From Oscillospiraceae bacterium (lineage in GTDB: Bacteria; Bacillota; Clostridia; Oscillospirales; Acutalibacteraceae): a stretch of 64,000 nt of DNA. Made by a program: the position numbers and the translations under genes. The first letter of the stretch is position 1; each line of letters opens with the position of its first letter. The notes beneath the pieces were generated by a model. It was given only the letters and a program-made list of their open reading frames with translations. It searched no databases and was not told where the DNA came from. The DNA lies in contig SVPG01000001.1 of the NCBI GenBank assembly GCA_015065975.1, forward strand, positions 66,115 to 130,114. Direction: 5' to 3'. Below are positions 50,747 to 60,402 of this stretch, piece after piece.

Positions 50747-51228
50747 CTTCTTTTTGTCAGTTCAATTGCTTCCTTGCCCGTCATATGTTCGATCTGTATT
50801 TCGACTATGCTCATACCGCCGAATTCACGGTCGACAGCCGCCGCTCTTTCCTCTTCGTGACCCGGTCTGTATTTCTCCGCAAGTGTACAAATCGCGGCTC
50901 TTTTCTCTCCGTCATCTTCCACGATGCGAGCTCTTCCGAACACGATAACGCTCGCAAAATAAGTGGTATATTCCTGTGCTTTCACGTCATCGCGGTCGAC
51001 CACGCAGAAGGACACCTTGTCGTTGTTCCTTATCGCGTCAAGCTTATGTCCCTGCTTAGCGCAATGGAATATTATTTTTCCGTCAGCGAAAACATAGCTG
51101 AGCGGCACTGCATAGGGGTAACCGTCATCGCCCGAAACGGCAAGCACTCCGGACGACCCTCTCTCGAGAATCGCGACAGTTTCCTCCTGCGAAAGCTCCT
51201 GTCGGAATCTTCTCATTTTTCTGAACAT
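50743..51228 (-). CDS. Pyridoxamine 5'-phosphate oxidase-like FMN-binding protein
   Basis: Split-barrel PNPOx-like pattern (VLAVSGDDGYPYAVPLSYV...). Confidence 0.7.
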   Translation of the reverse strand: MFRKMRRFRQELSQEETVAILERGSSGVLAVSGDDGYPYAVPLSYVFADGKIIFHCAKQGHKLDAIRNNDKVSFCVVDRDDVKAQEYTTYFASVIVFGRARIVEDDGEKRAAICTLAEKYRPGHEEERAAAVDREFGGMSIVEIQIEHMTGKEAIELTKRR

Positions 51229-51242
51229 AAAACCCGCTCCTG

Positions 51243-52520
51243 TCAGTTCTTTCGCTCTCTCGAGAGCTTGTACATCTCTTCCGCCGCAAGACGGGTCTTT
51301 GCAACAACGTCACGCTCGCATTTCGGGAAACAGTAATAGAGCACATCATTGTCTCCGATACAGATAACGTCGCCTATCTCATACCAGTAGTAATCGGCAT
51401 AGAGTCCGTACGATGCCGACGGCTTCTGGGAGTATTCAAGCTTGCCGTCGCAGCCTGTCAGGCGGAATCCCTCAGGGGTATGAGTGAGTCGTCCGCTGCC
51501 GACCTTATAGATACATTTTGTGTCTACCATCATGCAGATATCAACGTCAGTATCGAGGCGGTACGTTCCGTCGATTATCTCTTTTCTTACACATTCACGC
51601 TCCCACGCATACCAGTCGGGAATGTGAGAATATTCGGTTTCTCCTTCCGTCGCCTCAAGGAATCCGTACTCGGTCAGCTCGTATTCCTTGCCGCATTTTC
51701 CGCATCTGAGCTTTGTTCCCTTTCCTGTCATGCTGCTCTCATCGCCGCAGACGGGGCATTTGTAGAGAACTCTGTTGAGTCCGTCCGCTCTGAACGGCTC
51801 ATCGATCTTTATTTTGTTATCCTGCTGCCATTTGAAGTTATCGAACGTGAACGCTTCCTTGAGTATTTCATTGAGCTCGTCTGCACTCTTCTGCTTTATC
51901 TCTTCGGGAGAGAGCAGATAGGTGACATCTGCCGAAACCTTCACCTTTCGAAGCTGGAGATTGTTGTAAAGCGGGTCGCGCGAAAAGGCGCCGTAGGTCT
52001 TTATCATAACAACGGGAGCCTTGAGCAGCTTGAGGCATTTGCCGAGACTTTCGGGCAGCGGAGTCGCCGTGCCGTCAAAGGAATAGCTCGCCTCGGGATA
52101 CATCAGCACAGAGCACTTGAGGTCCCTTATCGCATAGACCATATCCTTTACAAGGCGCACATCGGTGACGAACTTGTTCGTCGGTATACAGCCGAGATTT
52201 CTCATCAGCCAGTTCTTTCCGATAAAGCCGTCGGACGTGCAGACAATATTCATCGGACGTGATTTCATTATCGTTTCCGCTATCTTGAGATCGATAAAAC
52301 TGGAATGATTCATAAGAATAAGACAGGGCTCTTTTTTGCCGAGCTTTTCCATACCGTAGGTCTTATATGAAAATTTTGTCGCCTTGAGATCAAACCAGCT
52401 CAGCGTCTGCAGAAGTTTTCTGAATATCCAGCCGGGCTTCTGCGGCTTGCGTGCCTTCTCCTTCGGCATTGCGGCGACCTTATCGTATGACTTCTTTTTG
52501 GTCTTTATCTTCATTTGCAA
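51243..52520 (-). CDS. 1-acyl-sn-glycerol-3-phosphate acyltransferase-family protein with C-terminal zinc-ribbon
   Basis: NHSSFIDL acyltransferase H(X)4D motif; C-terminal CPVCGD...CGKCGKEY. Confidence 0.7.
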   Translation of the reverse strand: MQMKIKTKKKSYDKVAAMPKEKARKPQKPGWIFRKLLQTLSWFDLKATKFSYKTYGMEKLGKKEPCLILMNHSSFIDLKIAETIMKSRPMNIVCTSDGFIGKNWLMRNLGCIPTNKFVTDVRLVKDMVYAIRDLKCSVLMYPEASYSFDGTATPLPESLGKCLKLLKAPVVMIKTYGAFSRDPLYNNLQLRKVKVSADVTYLLSPEEIKQKSADELNEILKEAFTFDNFKWQQDNKIKIDEPFRADGLNRVLYKCPVCGDESSMTGKGTKLRCGKCGKEYELTEYGFLEATEGETEYSHIPDWYAWERECVRKEIIDGTYRLDTDVDICMMVDTKCIYKVGSGRLTHTPEGFRLTGCDGKLEYSQKPSASYGLYADYYWYEIGDVICIGDNDVLYYCFPKCERDVVAKTRLAAEEMYKLSRERKN

Positions 52521-52615
52521 TCATATCCCTTCAAAATACTCTGTCTGTATTTTACCACATCCGAGTTCTCTTTCATAGTGTATTTTTCAAGATAATAAAT
52601 TGCCTGAATATGTAT

Positions 52616-53866
52616 TTACAGCCAGTTTATCCGACCTTCAAACCGCACCTTCTCGTCCCCTCTCACAACAGTTCCTATCTCATAGCAATCGCCAAATTGC
52701 TTTATGTGATCGATAACCGCGCCTTTATCCCTCTGCGATGTGACAAGCACGAGTCCCACGCCGCAATTGAAGGTTCTGAGCATTTCGTCGTCGTTGATGT
52801 TTCCCGCGCTGCGTATGAAGCCGAAAAGCTGCGGCACTCTCAGCGCCGACAGATCGATATGCGCGCTCAGTCCGTCGGGAACAACTCTGCACAGATTGCC
52901 CTCGATGCCTCCGCCCGTTATATGCGCCATACCGTGAACAGCGTCTCTGCCAAACAGACCCTTTATCGCTCTGTAATAAGGTGTGTGCGGTTTCATTATC
53001 TGTTCTATGAAGGTCAGACCTTCTATCTTTTCGAGCTTTATCTGCGGCATTCTGTCCATCAGCAGCCGCACCAGCGAATACCCGTTTGTGTGCAGACCGT
53101 TCGATGCCGCCGCAATAACCGCATCACCCTCTTCTATCGAAGAGCCGTCGATTATCTGCGACCGCTCGACTATACCCGCGATGCTCGATGTCAGAACATA
53201 AACGCCGTGATCCACCACAAGCGGCTGAATTGAGGTTTCTCCTCCCACAAGCGAACACTCATTCTCTCTGCACGCATCGGAAATTCCGCGCACAAGGCTG
53301 CTTATCGTGTCCTTCTCCGCATTGCCGCAGACAATGGTGTCAAGCACTGCAAGAGGCTTTGCGCCCATCACGGCAATATCGTTGACAAGATGATTTATCA
53401 TATCATGACAGATGGATTCTGTATAACCGTACTCCATCGCAAGCTTCTGCTTTGAGCCGGGCTCCTCCGATTTGAGCACAAGAACGGGTTCCTTTATTTC
53501 GGGAAAGGATATATCGTAAAGGGATGCAAATGGACCAAGTCCGTTAAGCACGCGCCTGTCACCCGTTTCGAGATGCTTTGACATCTCCTTCTTTATCGAA
53601 TCGGTGTATGTTATGTCTATTCCCGCTTTGCTGTAGGAAAGACCGTCCGACTCCTTCCTGCTTCCCGACAGCAGCTCATCCACCGTAACTCCGAGCACCG
53701 CCGAAAGATCGCCGAGTATTTCAATATTCGGATAGGTCGTTCCGTTTTCCCATTTGGAAACAGCCTGAAACGATATACTGAGCCTGTCTGCAAGCTGCTG
53801 CTGAGTCAGCCCCAGCTCCTTGCGCTTGCTCATGATAAAATTACCCATTCTTTCACCGCTTAGCAT
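52616..53866 (-). CDS. XRE-type HTH domain fused to a PurM-like (AIR synthase-related) domain
   Basis: N-terminus LGLTQQQLADRLSISFQAVSKWENG is Cro/C1 HTH. The remainder is a PurM-family fold (DIAVMGAKPLAVLDTIVCG...SLVGGETS...HITGGGI). GGAGG RBS 9 nt before the ATG at 53866. Confidence 0.7.
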   Translation of the reverse strand: MLSGERMGNFIMSKRKELGLTQQQLADRLSISFQAVSKWENGTTYPNIEILGDLSAVLGVTVDELLSGSRKESDGLSYSKAGIDITYTDSIKKEMSKHLETGDRRVLNGLGPFASLYDISFPEIKEPVLVLKSEEPGSKQKLAMEYGYTESICHDMINHLVNDIAVMGAKPLAVLDTIVCGNAEKDTISSLVRGISDACRENECSLVGGETSIQPLVVDHGVYVLTSSIAGIVERSQIIDGSSIEEGDAVIAAASNGLHTNGYSLVRLLMDRMPQIKLEKIEGLTFIEQIMKPHTPYYRAIKGLFGRDAVHGMAHITGGGIEGNLCRVVPDGLSAHIDLSALRVPQLFGFIRSAGNINDDEMLRTFNCGVGLVLVTSQRDKGAVIDHIKQFGDCYEIGTVVRGDEKVRFEGRINWL

Positions 53867-54008
53867 AACAGATTACCTCCCTTTCAGTTCTATAATACTC
53901 CCCGAAAAGCGTTCGGGCAATAACCGCGCAGGGGAACAAATCGCGATAATTCAACCTTTGGTTGAATCAAAAGCACCTGCGGCGTTGCCGCAGGTGCTTT
54001 ATCGCTTG

Positions 54009-54698
54009 TTATTCTTCTTCGGAAACCTCCATAAGTCTCATACCCGCGGTATCCGTAACGGGAAGAGAAAATACAACCGCACCGATTTCGGAATCGGAAC
54101 CCGCCTCATCCATAATCGAACGCATTATATCGTTCTTGCGGTCTTTTCTTACAACGATGAACACCATCTCTTTTTCGGGAACAAGCGTGACGCCGAGGAA
54201 CTTTTCCGCAGCTTCACTTCCCGTACCCTTTGCGTGGATAACCGTACCTCCCGAGGCTTTGGCTTTACGTGCGGCGTCCATGACGACCTCGGTGTATCCC
54301 TGATTTGCTATTACTACAAGCAGCTCATACTTTGTATCTTTCAACGAGGTTTCCTCCTCTTTTATATAGGTCTGACCGCTGGTCAGAAAATTCAGCGACT
54401 TCTTTCCGCCGATACTGCTCAGCGGAACAGTGAAAGCAATTCCCGTACCCGGAATTTCTATCTTCATCTGTGTCTGAAGTGCTTTTTTGAGCGACTTCCA
54501 GGTTTCATCGGTCACGAAATTCATCATAACCATCTTCTCGTTGCTTTCAAGACCGAAGTAATCGAGTATCTCGCTCGCAGCGGTACCATGTCCCACCGTA
54601 TTGAACGAAACGTCCAGACCGTTTTCGCTGTAGAATGATCTGAACCATTTTGCCTGTTTTCGGTCTGTTATGGTCAACATCATAAACAACTGACTCAT
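54009..54698 (-). CDS. Tandem P-II (GlnB)-like domain protein
   Basis: Two ~110-aa repeats with a P-II-like fold signature, including an ...GTG... T-loop-like region; encoded immediately downstream of the DUF1538 gene. Confidence 0.55.
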   Translation of the reverse strand: MSQLFMMLTITDRKQAKWFRSFYSENGLDVSFNTVGHGTAASEILDYFGLESNEKMVMMNFVTDETWKSLKKALQTQMKIEIPGTGIAFTVPLSSIGGKKSLNFLTSGQTYIKEEETSLKDTKYELLVVIANQGYTEVVMDAARKAKASGGTVIHAKGTGSEAAEKFLGVTLVPEKEMVFIVVRKDRKNDIMRSIMDEAGSDSEIGAVVFSLPVTDTAGMRLMEVSEEE

Positions 54699-54709
54699 AT
54701 TTTACTCCT

Positions 54710-56227
54710 TTACAGCTCGATGATATCATCTTCCTCAAACTGAGCAAGAGCAATATCTGCCGGCGTTCCCTTTCTCTGTTTGATCCTGTGGACAAGACCC
54801 AATATCTGAATGGTGATAAGCGGGGTCATTGCAACCATGGCAACCACTCCGAAAGCATCGCTTACCATATCGCCGCCCAAAGCTGAGCAGGCGCCCTGAG
54901 CAAGCGGCAGCAGGAAGGTTGCTGTCATCGGTCCCGAGGCAACTCCGCCCGAGTCAAAGGCTATTGCCGTGAAAATTTTCGGTGTAAAGAACGACAGTCC
55001 AAGCGCGATTGCATAACCGGGAATCAGGAAACAGAGAATCGGTATTCCCGTCAGCACTCTTATCATCGCAAGAGCCACCGAAACAGCAACACCTACCGAC
55101 AGGCTCATTCCCATTGCGTTTGCGGAAATTCCTCCGTCGGTTATCTCCTCAACCTGCTGATTGAGAACATATACCGCAGGCTCCGCTTTTACGATAAAGA
55201 ATCCTATCAGCGCTCCTATCGGGATAAGAATGAACTTATACGACCCGCCAAGAACGTTTCCGAGATAACTGCCCGCAGGCATAAATCCCACATTTGCGCC
55301 TGTCATGAACAGGGTAAGACCTATATAGGTGTACACAAGACCTATTATTATCTTTTTAAGACTGCGTCCGCGAAGTCTTAGCGCAAATATCTGAAACAGG
55401 CCGAAAAATACAATTATCGGCAGAAGAGACATCGCTATCTCAAGCATATACGTCGGCAGCTCACCCGAAAACATTTTCCGTAGCTCAACCGAATCGGCCG
55501 CATTGTGTGCCGCTGCCACGTCCACCTGACCCGAATCGGGCATATAGACCATTCCCAAAATCAGGACTGCAAGTATGGGGCCAATGGAGCAAAGCGCGAC
55601 CAGACCGAAGCTGTCGTCCGCTGCATTCTTATCGTCACGTATTGCGCAAACACCTATACCGAGCGCCATAATAAACGGCACGGTCATCGGTCCCGTGGTA
55701 ACACCGCCCGAGTCGAAGGCTATCGCACGAAATTCCTGCGGCACAAAAAACACAAGCGAAAAAGCTATTATGTACAGCACTATGAGCAGCGGTGCCAACG
55801 AAATATTGAGCAGCATTCGCAGTATCGCCACCACAAGAAATACGCCGACACCGATCGCAACCGCCAGAATTATTGTCGAATTCGGTATGGACGGAACAAG
55901 ATGCGCAAGCACCTGCAGATCGGGCTCCGAAATCGTGACGATCACTCCGAGCACAAATGCAAGAAAAACAATAAGGATCAGATTTCGGCTCTGTGTCATC
56001 TTTGCGCCGACCTTTTCGCCCATAGGCGTCATTGCCATCTCTGCGCCCAGAGTGAAAAACATCATACCAATCATAACAAGTGCCGCACCCACAAGAAAGC
56101 TCATCACAACACCTGTAGGTATCGGAGCCACAGTAAAGCTTAATATCAAAAGAATAGCCACGACCGGCATAACTGCAACCAAAGCTTCTTTAAGCTTCAT
56201 TGTCAGCTTCTGACTCAAACGTGTCAA
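54710..56227 (-). CDS. DUF1538 domain membrane protein (two DUF1538 repeats)
   Basis: An internally duplicated polytopic protein; FDSGGVTTGPMTVPF and FDSGGVASGPMTATF recur in the two halves. Confidence 0.65.
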   Translation of the reverse strand: MTRLSQKLTMKLKEALVAVMPVVAILLILSFTVAPIPTGVVMSFLVGAALVMIGMMFFTLGAEMAMTPMGEKVGAKMTQSRNLILIVFLAFVLGVIVTISEPDLQVLAHLVPSIPNSTIILAVAIGVGVFLVVAILRMLLNISLAPLLIVLYIIAFSLVFFVPQEFRAIAFDSGGVTTGPMTVPFIMALGIGVCAIRDDKNAADDSFGLVALCSIGPILAVLILGMVYMPDSGQVDVAAAHNAADSVELRKMFSGELPTYMLEIAMSLLPIIVFFGLFQIFALRLRGRSLKKIIIGLVYTYIGLTLFMTGANVGFMPAGSYLGNVLGGSYKFILIPIGALIGFFIVKAEPAVYVLNQQVEEITDGGISANAMGMSLSVGVAVSVALAMIRVLTGIPILCFLIPGYAIALGLSFFTPKIFTAIAFDSGGVASGPMTATFLLPLAQGACSALGGDMVSDAFGVVAMVAMTPLITIQILGLVHRIKQRKGTPADIALAQFEEDDIIEL

Positions 56228-56344
56228 ACCATCACCTCTACGCTGAAAATACTGTCAGTTTATTATATCGTATGCCGGACCGATTGTCAAAACTCCGCAA
56301 AACAATATTGTACTTGTCTTTCCGGAAAATTTTTTCAGACCCTC

Positions 56345-56393
56345 TTGACAGCTAATCACAATTAGCTTATAATTTAGCTAATCCAAATTAGCC
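56345..56393 (+). promoter_or_regulatory. Promoter with two palindromic TetR-type operators
   Basis: TTGACA, 17 bp, TATAAT. Inverted repeats AGCTAATcacaATTAGCT (56350-56367) and AGCTAATccaaATTAGC (56376-56393) lie over and downstream of the -10. Confidence 0.55.
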
Positions 56394-56403
56394 AAAAGGC
56401 GGA

Positions 56404-57027
56404 ATGATAATGAATACCAAACAGAAAATAATCGACGCTGCTCTGACGCTGTTTTCCGAAAAGGGCTATGCCAACGTCTTTGTCGGTCAGATCGCCGAAG
56501 CGGTCGGCATAAAGGCGCCGTCACTGTACAAGCATTTCAAAAGCAAGCAGGATATATTTGACTCTATCCTTGACGAGATGAAAAAAAGCTACGAAAAGCA
56601 GGCAGGCAGCCTGAATTTCAGCGGCATCAACCCCAATTCGGATGCTCAGTTTTTTTCAGATATCGGCGAGGACGGACTTGTAAAGGCGGGAATCGGACTT
56701 TTTATGTATTTTCTCCACGATGAATACACTCGGAAGTTCCGCAAAATGCTGACCCTTGAACAGTATCAGAACGGCGAGCTTGCTCAGCTTTTTACAAAAC
56801 AATATTTCGACGACCCTCTTGCTTATCAGGGCGCGATGATGTCCATACTCTGCGGCACAGGTGTACTTTGCGGCACAGAGCCCGACATTATGGCGCTGCA
56901 ATTCTACGCCCCCATCAGCACACTTCTGACACTGTGCGACCGTCACCCCGAAAGAGAAGCGGAAGCTCTCTCTCTTCTGGAGCGGCATATACGTCAGTTT
57001 TCAAAACTTTACGGAAAGGATGAATAA
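56404..57027 (+). CDS. TetR/AcrR-family transcriptional regulator
   Basis: N-terminal HTH (IIDAALTLFSEKGYANVFVGQIAEAVGIKAPSLYKHF). Confidence 0.85.
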   Translation: MIMNTKQKIIDAALTLFSEKGYANVFVGQIAEAVGIKAPSLYKHFKSKQDIFDSILDEMKKSYEKQAGSLNFSGINPNSDAQFFSDIGEDGLVKAGIGLFMYFLHDEYTRKFRKMLTLEQYQNGELAQLFTKQYFDDPLAYQGAMMSILCGTGVLCGTEPDIMALQFYAPISTLLTLCDRHPEREAEALSLLERHIRQFSKLYGKDE

Positions 57028-57028
57028 A

Positions 57029-57727
57029 ATGAAAATCGTACTCATTCACGGACAAAATCACAAGGGAAGCTCATACAACATCGGACGCCTGATAGCGGAG
57101 AAAACAGACGGCGAAAAAGAAATTAAGGAATTTTTCCTACCGAGAGACCTCAATCACTTCTGTCTCGGCTGCTGCAAATGCCTTGAGGGCGACGAAAACT
57201 GTCCCTTCTTCGACGAAAAGCGAGTCATTATGGAAGCGGTTGAAAATGCCGATCTTCTCATTTTCACCACTCCCACTTATTGTATGAGAGCCTCTGCACC
57301 GATGAAATCATTTATCGATCTGACCTTTACATACTGGATGGTTCACAGACCGAGAGCCTGTATGTTCTCGAAAAAAGCGGTTGTTGTCTCCACAGCCGCA
57401 GGTCAGGGCACAGACTCGGCTATAAAAGATATTTCGAACGCTCTGTTTTTCTGGGGTGTTCCTCAGATCGAAACCTACGGAATCGCTGTGCAGGCAATGA
57501 ACTGGGAAAGCATAAAGGCGGGCAAAAAGAGAAAAATTGAAAAGGACACCGCCAGGATTGCAAAAAAGCTTTCAAGTTCAAAAAAGCCCTCTGTCGGCTT
57601 CAAAACACGCTTTATGTTCGGAGTTATGGCATCGATGCAGAAATCGGGCATGGGCTCTTCCCCGAGCGAGAAGGAATACTGGAAAGAGAAAGGCTGGCTC
57701 GGCAGAAAAAGACCATGGAAAGAATGA
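57029..57727 (+). CDS. Flavodoxin-like fold NAD(P)H-dependent FMN reductase-family protein
   Basis: MKIVLIHGQNHKGSS...TPTY flavodoxin-like motifs. The ATG at 57029 has the better-spaced RBS; the alternative ATG at 57020 overlaps the TetR stop. Confidence 0.65.
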   Translation: MKIVLIHGQNHKGSSYNIGRLIAEKTDGEKEIKEFFLPRDLNHFCLGCCKCLEGDENCPFFDEKRVIMEAVENADLLIFTTPTYCMRASAPMKSFIDLTFTYWMVHRPRACMFSKKAVVVSTAAGQGTDSAIKDISNALFFWGVPQIETYGIAVQAMNWESIKAGKKRKIEKDTARIAKKLSSSKKPSVGFKTRFMFGVMASMQKSGMGSSPSEKEYWKEKGWLGRKRPWKE

Positions 57728-57790
57728 TAATTTTCTATACAAAAACGCCGTCGGAAAACATCCCGACGGCGTTTGCTTTCGCAATAAGTT

Positions 57791-58825
57791 TTACTGAGCC
57801 TTCTTTTTTGAATCTTCTTTTATGAAGGAATATCCAACGAGTCCTATCAGCGATACCGATTTTGCCATGTAGAGCAAAGTGACCCATACCGAGGTCGTTC
57901 CTACCATATCAAAGCCGAATCGATTGATGTTAGCAAGAGGATTTGCAATCTCCCCGGCTATAAGGGCAGCACGCTCGAACCCGCCAACATATTTCTCGTT
58001 TGGCACGAGCTGAGCATCATAAACATCTTCACCGATAATCAGCTTATGCGTCTGAGGATCATAATAGGAGATTCCTTCGTAGCTTTCGTCGTTATATCTG
58101 TCATCAATCTCACTCACGTAATCAAAGGACTCCACTGTTTTGGGATAAGAAAGAGGGATCTCCGAAAGAATACCTCCGAAATAAAACACAACAGACAAAG
58201 CAATAAGCAGCAAAGCCGCGACCATTTTGAATCTGACACGGCGTATGATCCACGCATACACAGCCAAAGCAGACAGCATAACAAGAAGCTGACCTATAAG
58301 CATAAGAATTATCGCAGGGGTTCTGAGGCTCATAACAAAGCCTTTTGCCAGCAGAACGGCAAAAACGATGCCGATATATACTGCCCAGCAGATCACACCG
58401 CCAAGCAGCACATCGCGGTAGTGTTTCCTTGCACAGGACTCATTCTTTTTCACCAGAAAATACTGACCGAAAAGAAGCGCAATAAACGTATATATAATCG
58501 AGCTGCTGATAAAAAATCCGGTGTATCTTTCTCTGATCGCAGGAATGCTTTCGTTGAAGTATTCGGTCGCATCAGCCTCGTTCATCCCTTCCATTTCCAC
58601 ACGGAACATATCCTGACAGAGTATGTCGTCATAAACAAAATACGCGTTACTGTCGGCATAGGACGGCAGATTTACAGCTTCATCATAGGTTCTTGCAAAA
58701 TCAATGATGTTACTCAGATTCATTGCCATCAGAAGAATAAACACCACGACAAATATCAGCACAGACACCGCTGCAGACTTATTATTTTTTGCAAATTCAG
58801 CAATTCTTTTTGTATTCACGGTCAT
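57791..58825 (-). CDS. Hypothetical polytopic membrane protein
   Basis: 344-aa ORF with about 7 hydrophobic helices; no recognised family. Confidence 0.5.
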   Translation of the reverse strand: MTVNTKRIAEFAKNNKSAAVSVLIFVVVFILLMAMNLSNIIDFARTYDEAVNLPSYADSNAYFVYDDILCQDMFRVEMEGMNEADATEYFNESIPAIRERYTGFFISSSIIYTFIALLFGQYFLVKKNESCARKHYRDVLLGGVICWAVYIGIVFAVLLAKGFVMSLRTPAIILMLIGQLLVMLSALAVYAWIIRRVRFKMVAALLLIALSVVFYFGGILSEIPLSYPKTVESFDYVSEIDDRYNDESYEGISYYDPQTHKLIIGEDVYDAQLVPNEKYVGGFERAALIAGEIANPLANINRFGFDMVGTTSVWVTLLYMAKSVSLIGLVGYSFIKEDSKKKAQ

Positions 58826-58888
58826 TCTCCTCCAACCTCTTATTTATTCAAGCCTGTGAATTATAACACAAATACAGATGTCTTGCAA

Positions 58889-58911
58889 TCGATAAGAATG
58901 TAATTATCTCT
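58889..58911. repeat. Core repeat cgataaGaatgtaattatctctt (copy 1)
   Basis: The 16-bp exact match aatgtaattatctctt also occurs at 61925-61940, with shared cgataa flanks. Confidence 0.6.
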
Positions 58912-58977
58912 TAGAGAACATCCATTAACGTTTACGAACTAAATGTTTTGATTAAAAATAACATTTTTAGTTCAACG

Positions 58978-59346
58978 TCAAGTCATATCAAAAGTATTAA
59001 CTTTCGCAACATTGTACAATACCGCCAACAATTCTCTTTGTAATTTAGGGAGCTTGTTAAACACAGCAGGTTTCATTTCTATTTTTATTTTCACATCACT
59101 ATACAATAGTATGTATGGTGGTTTTGCAATCATATTACGTTCTCCAATACACCTTGACTGTTCAAATGTAATTTTTACAGTATTACCTTGCCAATCTTTA
59201 AATCCACTTTTATTAACATGTTCGACCCAGTTTTTCCTACACTCATCGAATAGGACTTTTTCTATGGTACCTTCACCATCGTTATATATAATACCATCCA
59301 CAGTTACATCAATTATATCTTCTATACTTATTATTTTCTCTAACAT
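58978..59346 (-). CDS. Hypothetical small protein in a low-GC cassette (possible immunity-type protein)
   Basis: 122-aa ORF; local GC about 33% versus about 53% elsewhere. Confidence 0.4.
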   Translation of the reverse strand: MLEKIISIEDIIDVTVDGIIYNDGEGTIEKVLFDECRKNWVEHVNKSGFKDWQGNTVKITFEQSRCIGERNMIAKPPYILLYSDVKIKIEMKPAVFNKLPKLQRELLAVLYNVAKVNTFDMT

Positions 59347-59672
59347 TTATTTTCTCCTATTAGCTTTTAAATTCAGTATTTTTTATTTTACCACTTTTCT
59401 ACTCTAAATTCTATATCTTCTACGCATATCACCAATACTCTTTTGATCAAATATACCTTTTGGCAACCACGCCAGAATACAATAAAAACTATCACCAATG
59501 TTACCGCCGCTGTCGGAAGGCCATTATCCATAATTACTCTTGCAGCAATCAAAGCTATAACTGCCACGGCAGATAATATGCTGTTCCATCAACAACAAAC
59601 GCGCCGTCAAGATACTTGGCGGCGCTGAACTAAAACCTTCCGAATTTTTCTTAGAGCTGCTTATCAATTAAT

Positions 59673-60173
59673 TTACATACCTGCAACAAACAAATACACT
59701 GGCAAGCCGAACCCATAAAAGACCAATCTTGACGCATTGGATTCACTTTTATGCTCTAACTGATCTTTATAAGTACGATAAAAGCGCTTTGCAGTTTTTC
59801 GCACTTTCTTAACACATCGTTTGTAATTACCCTTTATGTCCGATGTCATATTTATTTTATGTTCTTTATCTCGTGCAAATACATTATCCGATGCAATGGT
59901 CATAGCTATATTAAACAGACAATACTCTGCCCACTCAATATCCTTCGCTTCTATTTTTCGATCAAGCAGATCTGTCAAATAAGGTAACACTATATATGCC
60001 GCGGGATAAAATGACATCTGGTGATTGATCCCTTGGTATACTTTCTCTGTAGCATCCTTGTCATCAGGGTCATTAATTAATGCTTTTATGTCCTCAGACA
60101 TATTACCATATGCGCCATAATATTTATCCCAGTTTTCAGACCCAATTGCTTCAGTTGTGATCTTCTTTGCCAT
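59673..60173 (-). CDS. Hypothetical protein in a low-GC cassette
   Basis: 166-aa ORF with a Lys-rich C-terminal half; no family recognised. Confidence 0.4.
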   Translation of the reverse strand: MAKKITTEAIGSENWDKYYGAYGNMSEDIKALINDPDDKDATEKVYQGINHQMSFYPAAYIVLPYLTDLLDRKIEAKDIEWAEYCLFNIAMTIASDNVFARDKEHKINMTSDIKGNYKRCVKKVRKTAKRFYRTYKDQLEHKSESNASRLVFYGFGLPVYLFVAGM

Positions 60174-60336
60174 TACATCTCACGCTTTCATATTAATATT
60201 TGATAGTAGATTTGATTTTTTTCTGTAAAAGCAATCAACTTCACAAATCAGTAAGTTCGTTGTATATAAAAAGCCAAAACACCTTTCTTTGTTTGATTAT
60301 ATATTTTTCTTCCTGTTTGTCAAGGCACGAATACAC

Positions 60337-60369
60337 AAAAATCCCGCAGCCGTACGGCTGCGGGATTTT
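60337..60369. repeat. Hairpin repeat aaaaatcccgcagccgtacggctgcgggatttt (copy 1, terminator-like)
   Basis: Perfect 9-bp stem CCCGCAGCC/GGCTGCGGG. Near-identical copy at 61884-61914. Confidence 0.7.
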
Positions 60370-60402
60370 CAATCGACAATAAGATTGAAAGACATAAGAC
60401 TG

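Noticed and set aside
55505-56213. Two 212-aa plus-strand ORFs
   Set aside because: Antisense to the DUF1538 gene, with low-complexity H/R/K-rich translations.
59443-59628. 61-aa plus-strand ORF in the low-GC cassette
   Set aside because: No RBS and a low-complexity product. More likely non-coding spacer or the antisense of a decayed toxin-tip fragment.
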